Positions 33,890 to 44,244 of a stretch of DNA of 64,000 nt are shown piece by piece. A program made the translations under genes and the position numbers. The stretch is from positions 17,980,001-18,044,000 of the forward strand of contig CATNEN010000039.1 in the NCBI GenBank assembly GCA_950097015.1, in the 5' to 3' direction. This DNA comes from Macrostomum hystrix (lineage: Eukaryota; Animalia; Platyhelminthes). Within the stretch, counting starts at the first letter, position 1. Every line of letters starts with the position of its first letter. The notes beneath the pieces were generated by a model, which was not told the DNA's origin, ran no database searches, and worked only from the letters and a program-made list of their open reading frames with translations.

Positions 33890-36884
33890 ATGCATCACAG
33901 TGCCAGTGACTTGCAAACAATTGCACATCCTCAACAGCATCAGCTGTCATCAGGAGTTGGTGCACACTACTATATTTGCATATGTGGTAATCTCAATCCA
34001 GACCTGTTTGCCAAGCTGGATTGCTTTACACCAAAACGAGATGCAATTTCCAATACCTACATGCGAGTTTGCAAATTGTGTCAGTTTCCTGTTGCTGAGA
34101 GAGAAGGCTATGCCTACTGCCCAATGTGCAATCACGAGTCTGAAAGCTCATTTCGACGGCTATCTCTGCGTCCAGGTGACCAAATAACTCTGTGTTTGGT
34201 GTGCAACTCTGCAGTTGCTACAGCTTTAATCGAAGCATTCTTCAATCTTATAGACTGTCAAACAGCCCAGTTGAAATCCGTGTCATTGTCTGATCTGAAT
34301 CTCTGTTCAGACAATAAGCATCGAGACGATAGTCTTTGTCCCCAATGCACTTTAGGCAGGTTAAAATTCTCTCTTGATATTATCAGTGACCAAGTTGCAC
34401 CTGGAAAACTGTTGTCTTCGGCTTCATACCTTCAGCTAGTGGTTACCTGTTCAAGTTGCAGTGCCACCTATATACTCTTGGATGAGCCAGCAGTCTCTAC
34501 TAGTGTCGCTAGTTGTCAAGGCAACGGTGCTAAACAAAATGAGCAAACTGTTAACCAGCTAGGCCATAATGATGTGAGCAGTCTGGACTGTCTTATTGCG
34601 CCATATCTATGCGATCGTTGTCCAGGCTCCAGCTTTGACAAACTGCACCCTGTTGATCATCGACGAGGTGGCAATTCTGTTTCTGCATCGAAAATGGTGA
34701 TCAAGTCAACAAAAGTTGCGAAAGCTGAGCAGGACGAAGAGTACGAGTCTTTGTACTGCGTTAGGTGAGACCCGAGTTAAGTTAACTTAAGTAAACCCAA
34801 GTTCACTGCCATTGATTTATGGTATGTGTGGCTGAATGTAGGTCAGTTCATTTATTAGAGTATAGCAATGGAGGAATAAACAAAACAAAAGCAATTAAGC
34901 CAGGCGATTTCGGGTTTAAGGGCCCCCGCCATTAATAGTGTACGTACGCTTACGCTCTACGTATTGCAACATCTCAAGAAGCGTTTTACTTCGTCACTAT
35001 CTTAGCTGTGAGTCGGTCATACCATTGTACGTGAACGATCAGAGTGGCGGCCCGGCCACCCTAGCCGATTTGCGCCGCTGTGTACAGCCTCGATACTCCA
35101 CTGGGCGTGCTGGGCAGCCAATTGAGCTTGAGCTAATCACAGATGCCAGACAGTTACAACCTGGAGATCACGTGTGTTTTCCGCGAAAAGGCGGCGTTTA
35201 TTGGCATCATGGCATTGTGGCATCAATTGATCGGTCCACTGGCGACAATCAGTCGGGTAGGTGTTAAGGTTATGCGTAAGGTTATTCATAAAATTATTGA
35301 ATTGTATGGAGAACTGAACTTAACACTCGTGTGTGATAGCTGCCTAGATGCTACTTCGGTATTCGTCTGCCCATACCGGTTCAGATCGGCTAGTTAGTTT
35401 AACTTCCCGTTAAACTAATAAGCAAAGTTAGTTCATCTCCCAACTAAGGCAATCATTTTGATGTCTTCTTACACATTGAAGCCGGCTACAGCCTACTGCA
35501 CTATAACAACTACACTGAGGCGGACGTCAGCAAAACCAACTCCTGGTGGCAGTGGCTGTCTCACCTGAGTCGCCTTCGCACTGCAAAAGGCGTGGTCCGG
35601 GTAGACAGCATGGACCTGGTGAAGGAGCCACGCACCTTTCGATTGACTTATCACAATCTGGACTGCTATCCACCTGACATGGTTGTCCAAAGGGCCCTGT
35701 CCCAGTTATTAGCCACTAATTATAATCTCTTGGGTGAGAATTGCGAACACCTGGCTGTATGGGCAAAGTCTGGCGAGGCGCGTAGTCTGCAGGTAAAGTT
35801 TTAAATCTTTCTGTTTGACGTTCTGTTCCTAGCAATCTTCATTTAGTTTCCTGAAATGGTTCCTTAGTTTTTATTCAAATCATTAGAGCATTTTGCCATG
35901 ACAGTTGCTTTTCTAGAATGTTCTTGTGGTAAAGACTCGTTCGAATGGCCATCAAGCAAAACTAGAACACACAATTGTACAATATCTTGAAAGGCCATTC
36001 GTTAAAAAATTAAACATCCGTTCACTACAAACAAGCGTGTGAACAAGCCTTAGCTCCTACATTTACAGCTATTCATAAATTCATATTCATAACCTTTACT
36101 TAAATGTTAACAACTGTTTATATTTTTAACAAGTCCTACAAGTCTTACAAGTCCTAAGAAATATGAGACACCATTAGAAACATGTTAGCACACACTTGTC
36201 CTAGACTGGTCAGCACAAAACTGATCTCTTTATTTCGTAAAATTAATAGCTGCGTAAAGTGTAGTAATACAGGGTTAAGTGGTTTGTTAAATGACAAATT
36301 GAACCCCTTACGTTGAAGTCTCATTCCGACGCTCTGACCACCAGACCACACGCTTTGTTTAAAGTGCATGCATCAGTTTCGACAAAAAAGGCAGCCTTAA
36401 CTAGCTTGGACTTTTTGCCACTATTTTAATCAATAAAAAACTTTTAATTACACGTTAATTATTTATTATTCGCTAAATTAATTCTATTATTTAGGTCGAG
36501 AATATCCATCAACTAGTCTATCGTTTCGGGTCGCACGTGTTAGCGCTATCAAGAACCGCTAGCGGCCTCTCTAACCGGGTGAAACTGGCCGCCTCCGAGT
36601 CTCTGGATGCCCTGTTGAAGCTGCGCCAATGTGTCACAGATCTGATGAAGCAGCGAATCAGCCCCTTAATGTTCAGCCGTCGTCTATGGCGCATGCTGAT
36701 TCGCACAGCTTTTGTAATGGCCACGTCAACTTTGCTGCGTCTAATTGTACCCAACGCGCCGGGTGTCATTTCCCAGCAAGCTGCTACAGGAGTTGGTGGT
36801 GCTCTGGGTGGCGCCGTAGCCGACATGCTTCTCCCTGAGACAGTCGAATCAGCTGCTGGTGATACGGCCAGTGGCACTGCTTAA
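33890..36884 (+). CDS. LRAT/PLAAT (HRASLS, permuted NlpC/P60) domain protein with N-terminal multi-CxxC region and C-terminal hydrophobic/glycine-rich tail; exons 33890-34764, 35006-~35257, ~35482-35792, 36495-36884
   Basis: LQPGDHVCFPR..YWHHGI, LLHY and VVQRALSQL..NYNLLGENCEHLAVWAKSGEARSLQV are the LRAT signature with intact His/His/Cys. Splicing 34764|35006 rebuilds a C-V-S-C motif. The exon 2/3 junction has two phase-compatible options. Confidence 0.85.
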
Positions 36885-38023
36885 GGCAGTGGAAGCTGTT
36901 TTGACAAAAAATCGTTAAATATCTCAATAAATTTTAATCGATATAGTAATGCTGAGCTTCTTAGAAGTGTTATGAAGTGAAGTAGGTGGTGTATATTTAA
37001 ATATATTTTCAGTTAATATTATAAAATTCTCATTTTCTTGAAAAAGAGCAAGTGACGCCTTTCTATATGTACTTGTAGCAGACCTCTCAGCTCTCTCTCT
37101 ATTTTTTGGATTTGGGATTGGTGAGCTGAGTATTTAGGGGGGTGTAAGTGTTGAGGGTTAGAATAGGTATTTTCCACGCTGTTTGGGTTATACCTAAGGA
37201 AGCGCTAATGCCCGAGCGGCAAGACACTAGCTACTAACAATGGGAGAAGAATCTACTACTGCTGGCACGAAGGCTTAGGTCACTGATCTGGGGCACAGTC
37301 CGTAGGGCGTATCAGGATGGATCGAAGTTGCCTGGTGAACGTCCTTCGCACTCTCAGTAGTTTTATTAGGGTATAAAGGCGGAGTTTTGTGACTTCAGGG
37401 GGGTATTTAGGGAACTTTAGGTGGGATCTTAAGGCGGTATATTGGAGTTTCAAAGGGATCATGTAATAGGGTGGATTTAGGTGACGAAGGCCGACTCGGC
37501 ATTATTTTCTTCTCTGTATATTTATACCAAAATTAGGGTGGGTGCATGTCCCGCTTGAGTGCGCATACAACGAACAAAGAGCGCTGCGTGAGGTTACGAC
37601 AAATAGCTAGCGCGTGAGAAAAAGTGGCGGGAATTCAAAATGAAAGTGTCCTAATTATTCACTGCCTCATACTGTACACAAGGGCGTTGAGTAGCAGGAT
37701 GAATTACCGCGCAACAAAGTCATTGAGCTCGGTTCATCGCCGAGGCCATATTTATATATGGCGCAGCCGCAAAGAAAAGTCTTGGGGTTTTAATTCTTAT
37801 GTTGCTGGGGGCATTAGTTCTGTGCTGCTGGGGGAACGGTTCACTGCTTTTAGGGGGCATTAGTTTTTTGCCCCAGCAACAAAGAACTAATGCCCCCAGC
37901 AGCAGAGAGCAAATGCCCGCAGAGTATAAAAGTACCATTTACATCCTTGATGGCCAAACTTCAAGGGACTGAAAGTTTACACTACCTACCTGACTAGACT
38001 TATGTATGCAAAGTCTAGCTGCC
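36885..38023. mobile_element. Putative Kolobok-like non-autonomous DNA transposon (TTAA TSD)
   Basis: TTAA|GGCAGtgga ... tctagCTGCC|TTAA; short imperfect TIRs; non-coding interior. Confidence 0.45.
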
Positions 38024-38152
38024 TTAATATGTTCGAATGTTTAATACGCCTCTAACTCAGGTAGGCCAGAGACAAACGAAATAAATGCGCTATACGAACT
38101 TTTACAGGTCAGATTATAAAACGCACGTTGCAATTTATTTATTGTATACTAT

Positions 38153-39169
38153 TTAACAATCGTCATGATTGGTCCGTTCAGGTCCTGGACAATCAGCTAA
38201 CAACTCGGCGTAGCAGCTATACTGCTGGCCGCACCATAGACAGAAAAAGTGCGACCGACGCAGATGATCCTCAATTAGACGCAGCTTCTCATCGGGACTA
38301 GGTTCGTCAGCACCATTCTCATATTCGTCTAGATCCTTATTATCATCGTTGGGGTCTGTGATCTCTGGCGGCCAGAACCATGAAGCAATAGGCTGTTGAG
38401 GAGAATCCTGAGCTTCTATTTCTGCCTCTGAGGCCAGTTTCATATCTAAACGTTTGCAAACGCGTTGCGCCTGCGCTAGATAGGCCTCCGCATCGGCTCG
38501 CGCGAATTTAGCGCTCATTCTTAGACGAAAATCTGCCGTTTTCGATCCGAGTTGGCCATCGACATGTTCAGCCGATGTTGAAGAGGAAGCTCCGGCAGAA
38601 GATCGCTTGCGGCTGACAGTCTGGGGCGCAAGATGGCCTAGGCCCAACCTAATTAATTTCAAAGCGGGATCAAAGTGCTTTTTAAAATAATTTTTTTGTC
38701 AAGAACAAGGTAACCGTAAAACTCCTGGCTTTTCTGGTGATAACAAACTCAAGAATGTCGCCGGTAAAGCTTTATTATCACCTGTTATTGTTACCAACCT
38801 GTCAGACTTGATGCTTAGCGGTACAGGCTCCAGGCGACCCTGTTCCCTCTTGCCCAGGCCGCGGCCAAACTGGTGACCCATGCGAAGCATCATCATTTCA
38901 GCTGTGGAAGGTCCAGCGAAATTGTCAGCTTGGGCAAATAGAGGTGTTTCTAAGGCGGTGTGAAAGGCTTCCGCCTCTTTTTCTCGCTTCAGCCTTTGTC
39001 TTTCTGCACGATTGGATGATCTGTCCTTGTTAACGCTTGTACTTTGCTTTGTCTGTTGTTGGCTTCCGGCGGAACTGGATGTTTTTAGGCGTAGGCCTGG
39101 TCGTACATCAGACAACTGGGCTAGGAAACTGTCTGACATAAAGTCTGGCAGGTCATCTGATTCTGACAT
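38153..39169 (-). CDS. GPATCH11: G-patch domain-containing protein 11 (CCDC75 family; G-patch + C-terminal DUF4187-like Zn-binding region); exons 39169-38799, 38648-38153
   Basis: N-terminal DFMSDSFL..DVRPGL; G-patch MMLRMGHQFGRGLGKREQGRLEPV..KSDR|LGLG; C-terminal HLRRSHFFCLWCGQQY....L.ADCPG...HDD; phase-2 GT-AG intron. Confidence 0.92.
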
Positions 39170-40833
39170 TTTGTTCAATCCAAATGATAATGACTTTAAA
39201 ACTCACTTACAAAGAGCTGACAGAAATTGCTGAAAAACTATGATTTGCAGATGTATTTGAGTACTAGGACAAACATAAAGACAACTACTAGTTTAATTGA
39301 ACTTTTGTAGCAAATTTAGTGTTGCACAAAACTTGTTCAAACCAGCTAAATGTATGAGCCTCTCTAACTTGATCAAAACAAGTCTGGATTCAGGTTGCAG
39401 CATAAGATAATTAATACTTAATCTAGCTTTATGAGTACACACTATATAAAGAATACATCTCCTCATAGGTGTAAGAATAGGGGGCAGTGGAACCATGGCC
39501 CTAACTTTTTAAAGTGGGGGTCTAGTAATGGAATCTGGCTCTCCACAATTAAAATTCTAAATGTAGTACTATTATGTTTACTATTTTTTGCTGCATATGG
39601 CCTATGACCATTAGCCCCTACTTTTCAAAAGAGTGTTATGTATATAATCAACATTTAACCATACAGATATAACAACCACACAATATCTTGAGTTTTAGTA
39701 TCTTTAATTTAAAGCTCTAAATTTAATATAATAGGCCTACTTTACTACATTAGTAATAGAAGTAACTAAATTTTGGCTTTGGCTTATTCTTTAAATTTGC
39801 TTATAGCTAGTTACCAGCTTGTTAGATATGCAAAACCTAACTAAAATTGGCTTAGGCCATGTATTTACGAAAAAGCAATATAGCTATCTAATGTAAAAAA
39901 GAATAGACCTGTTCAAACATCATGTAGGCCAAAAATATTAAAGAAAAATCTTTAACCTAACAATTGCTTTTTTCTACATGAGTTATTGAGTAGCTACTTT
40001 AGATTTTTTCAATATATAGTAGTATAGGCGTGCAACAATCTTGTGAGTTGTGATTTGTAGTTGGAAAATTCTTAAATGTTTGAATATAGTTACTAAACTG
40101 AAAATTAAGAATATGGACCGATTCAAGCTAATCATAGGAGAGAAACTGTGAGATTTACATGATCATATATAGTAACTTATAAACATAAAAGAATTGCAGT
40201 ATAACGAACAAAGTATTTGTAATGATATATCACAGATGTATCACCGACACCGACTACAAGACTGTGTCATTTCTTGCAAAGTTCTAATTTTAAACTGAAA
40301 AAATGAACGCTATAACAAATGTTTATATCTAATGCCTAAAAAAGTCGCAAAGGTACTTTAAAAAAGTTTTTTTAGACAATAAAGTAAGATAAGCTAAAAA
40401 ATTTTTTTAAGAAGTAAGAAGAAGTTAGTAATCGCATGCCTCGGATTTAATTTACAAAAAATAAAATAAGATTAAAAACATTTAAAATTTTGTTGTAAAT
40501 AGTCTGTCTGAAATAAATGAAATGGTGTAAAATCTGTTCTTCAAGTCTTAATAAAATACATTTGTAAATAACTATATTTTCAATAGAAAATAAACGCAAA
40601 AGTATTAACTATTTAAGATTAGGCCTATCTAGACTATCTAGTTATCTTTCCAGACTAGTCTGGGTCTGGGGATATTTTGAACCTGCCATCTAGCGTAGCA
40701 TGTAGTATGGCATGCCTTTTGTGACAAACTTCTGTGACTGCGACTGCATTTACTCTTTGTATTTGTTGTGCTTTATGCAACACATCGACATGAGTAGTAC
40801 TCATGCATTGAAGTAGTGCCTGGTAGCTAGTAG

Positions 40834-41270
40834 GGTACCTGGACACTTCGTCATCTTACAACTTCGTCATCCAGATGACGATCTGTCCAATATCTTAGAG
40901 GGTGTATGACGAAGAGACTTAGACTTGTGGACACTTCGTCATCTATAAAACAAAAGTTTTCAAAGTTAGAACAGAAACACCCTCCCCATCCCTCCTCACA
41001 TCGTGTTGGCACCTATCTTTCAGTTACACTTATAGGCCTAGGCCTAATCAAATCAGCTTTGACACCTTTTTTTGACAATTTAGAGTGTGAAGTGTGTTCA
41101 CACCTCTGTCCCACCACCCACCCTCACTTTATTGATTACGAACTTGATTGCTTGTTATTAAAAGATGACAAACTGACCAAACTTTAAAGCATGCCTATTG
41201 GCTGGATAACAAAGTGTCCTACCTTCCAAGTGCATGACGAAGTTGTAAGATGACAAAGTGTTTAGGATCC
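40834..41270. mobile_element. ~440-bp non-autonomous TIR element (Merlin/MULE-like)
   Basis: ~37-bp TIR ggtacctggacacttcgtcatcttacaacttcgtcat / atgacgaagttgtaagatgacaaagtgtttaggatcc. Flanks gctagtag / actagtag (8-bp TSD with one mismatch). Confidence 0.75.
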
Positions 41271-41329
41271 ACTAGTAGTAGCCATAAAATATAATATATA
41301 TTTTCTTGACCTCAGCAGTTATTCTTTCT

Positions 41330-41638
41330 TATAATTGATTTTAATTGATTACACCTGCCCCAATTGGGTCAGATGTGCAGCCGACAGCACAGCCGCAGCT
41401 AATGCGCGGCGCATCTGAAGGCTGCGTACGGCTGTTCAGTCCACGGACTGGGGGGACGCCACACCCACCTTCAATTATCCCAGCTGATGCTGGTACCCAT
41501 TTAACAGCTGGGTGAACTGAAGCAATGCAGAGTTAAGTGTCTTGCTAAAGGACGCAAATTGTTCCAGTGGAGTCGGGAATCGAACCCCCGACCTTCAAGT
41601 CGTGAGTCCGACGCCCTAACCACTAGGCTACAACCTCT
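41330..41638 (-). mobile_element. tRNA/CORE-like SINE, apparently full-length copy with 3' stem-loop and short-repeat tail
   Basis: Same sequence as 4737-5000 plus a 3' extension gacccaattggggcaggtgtaatcaattaaaatcaatt. Confidence 0.85.
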
Positions 41639-41901
41639 TGTAGCCTTGATCTTTCTTAATTTGTTCTTTAATTAGAGGTATGGCCAAGAACTAGCTATTT
41701 AGCAATCCACTAACTAAAATTTTAAAATGGTAACAAATTCTTATATAGAATAGAAATATAAAAAAGACTAGCTTTATTATTTAGAGTAACTTGTCTTAAT
41801 TTTATTTTTAATTATGATTTTTGCACCCTATTTGCTTAAATTTATTAGGCAACCCTCTTTTTCAATCTATAAATTTAGCCTGAAAATTAATTCTATACTA
41901 G

Positions 41902-42750
41902 TGAGATAGATAGAATTTTATTAGTATTGTTTTAAACCTTTTTGATGTAAATAAATTTTGTTAACGAATTATATTACAAAATGTATTCTATTATTATACT
42001 AGGCGCTTTCATTTTTCATATAGTAAATAGTATTTTCCTTTAAAAAAGAAATTAATTACAACATTTGTTTTACTTTTTCCCGCCACCTCAAATATTTCAT
42101 ATAAATAGGAGTGATTTTTATGTCCTCAAAATATACGCTCGGCTTTGGCGATCCAACTAGAAAGCCATATTAACTCGTGTTCTCTAAAATTAAATAACTT
42201 CGTGTTGATTATTTAAGATTAGAACTGTGTTAGTTCTGGTCAACGTTACGCTGTATAATAGTATCAAGCTGTATTAGTTCTATACTATTATATTAACAGG
42301 GAGTAAACGTATTGATCTAAATAAGACATATTGTCTTTATTACTTAGATTAAATCAACGTATTGTTGATCTAAATAAGACGTATTGTCTTTATTATTTAG
42401 GTTAAATCAACGTATTGTTGATCTAAATAAGACGTATTGTCTTAGTATTTAGGTTAAATCAACGTAGAGAACACGAGTTAATATGGCTTTCTAGTTGGAT
42501 CGCCAAAGCCGAGCGTATATTTTGAGGACATAAAAATCACTCCTATTTATATGAAATATTTGAGGTGGCGGGAAAAAGTAAAACAAATGTTGTAATTAAT
42601 TTCTTTTTTAAAGGAAAATACTATTTACCATATGAAAAATAAAAGCGCCTAGTATAATAATAGAATACATTTTGTAATATAATTCGTTAACAAAATTTAT
42701 TTACATCAAAAAGGTTTAAAACAATACCAAATAAAATTCTATCTATCTCA
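41902..42750 (-). repeat. Foldback structure: ~285-bp inverted arms (41902-42186 / 42465-42750) around a ~280-bp loop; candidate 3' LTR of the adjacent Gypsy element
   Basis: Arms are reverse complements with only a few differences. TG...CA termini. Purine tract AAGGGAAGG immediately 5' on the minus strand (42755-42763). The inverted repeat itself is certain; the LTR identity is inferred. Confidence 0.8.
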
Positions 42751-42940
42751 ACTGCCTTCCCTTAATATGATTTTTGAAAAAAAAGTGAAAAAATAATCAA
42801 ACACTCAAAAATAAAAGCACATAGGATAAGCACAAAGAATAAAACATAGGCATAGGCATAAAAGATAAAACATAGACAGAGATATAGGTATAGGCATGGG
42901 GATAGGCATACTAAAAAGAAAGTCCAATTTACATAAAATT

Positions 42941-44040
42941 TTAGTCCATCGCAAATTCTTCGGGAAGTTGATCCTTGAAGGGCCAGCCGACCTCCTGGCC
43001 GATCCAGCTTGCTTCGGTGCGCATCTTTGATATGTCAAATCCCTTGACGATTAAATCCAATGAATGTAGCGCATACTGTGTGGCTGGCCGCCATGCAGCC
43101 ACTGCAAGTTCAGGCGAGAAATTGCGCTGTAGTTTATTGATTACTTGCACAATCTCCTCTCGCTTCGGTGGCGATCGTTTATCTTCATAACGGCTAACTC
43201 TCAAATAATATTGTTTCAATAGGGCGACTTGACGTTTTCACTGTTGTTGCTGGGTTTCTTCCAATGTGTGCAATAATATCCCATAGTCTTCACCCATACT
43301 AATTGATGGTGATTTTGATGTTTTGGCTTTAATTAGTTGTCTTAGGTCTTCTGGCTGTGGCAATTTTCTCGGATCACGAGGTGGTGAAGCAGATTTGCCT
43401 AGCGAAGCAGAGTGCCCTAGGTTCTTTGAATGCGCTTGTGGCGGCACTTCTAATGGCTGCGGCTTTTGCCACTGCGGGTTGTCTTCGGAGGGGCCCGCCA
43501 GGTTGATTGAGCTAATAGAGTGCTGGTCTTAGCACCGTCAGGGTGACGATTTGTCAATTCTTTAGGCACTACTACAGGAGTATCCGCCTGTATACGTAGT
43601 AACTTATGCTTGTCCATAGTGGGTCTGGTTACCACTGATGACAATCTCTTTCTTCCTTGTGGTGGCATAGCTGCAGGCTTCTGTGTGGGCCGCTTATTAT
43701 TTACCTTTACCGCCTGAAGAACCGTGGGTAGCGGTTGTGATTTTACCAAAGCTGTTGGCACGGTAGGCGCAGTACGCACCTCCGGCCCCTTTTGCTTGAT
43801 TAACTTCTTTGTAACTCCTACAGGCTTAGGCCGGGTTGGCTGTTTCATGGGTGCTTCATTCTCTGCTTCTCGTTCCCACACTTGGGCGACATTGTCACTG
43901 TCACTTAGAAACAATTGGTCTACGAGGTCTGTTTCCTCATTCTCGCTATCGCTTAACATTAATTGCTGAGCGATGTCCTCCTGCGATACGGTCCTGATCA
44001 TTCTCAGTATGAGATTGATGTGATTTGCTGGTCGCTTCAA
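42941..44040 (-). pseudogene. Disrupted accessory ORF (~350 aa) of the Gypsy element, unknown function
   Basis: ORFs 43450..44040, 43238..43447 and 42941..43219 join by one frameshift (~43530) and one in-frame TGA (43238). No obvious TM or signal peptide. Confidence 0.6.
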
Positions 44041-44088
44041 AATTCAATACAAATTGAGGAGCTTGAGGAATTCTCAATACGAGAAAAC

Positions 44089-44194
44089 AATTGACTTCTT
44101 TACGCCACAGGGGCTCTGTTTATATAGACTTCTGAAGAGGGGGGTTATGTAATAGTTCCTTCCTTTTCAATAGCTACTGGGTTTCCATTGGCCG
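44089..44194 (-). promoter_or_regulatory. Candidate internal Pol II promoter (CCAAT ~44190, TATATAAA 44126-44119, Inr-like TCAATT ~44094) upstream of the accessory ORF
   Basis: Motifs in canonical order, with TATA ~30 nt upstream of the Inr-like element. Confidence 0.45.
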
Positions 44195-44244
44195 CAACAA
44201 CCCCTTCTCTTTCTCCCCCTCATGTACACAGACCCTATCTTGGC

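Noticed and set aside
39464-39645. Possible degenerate hAT-type MITE (cataggtgta...)
   Set aside because: Right terminus and TSD not recognisable.
41899-42753. Polinton/Maverick TIRs or an independent foldback DNA transposon
   Set aside because: No 6-bp or other TSD and no AG-repeat terminus. Exact abutment to a PPT and TG..CA ends favour an LTR, though this is not formally excluded.
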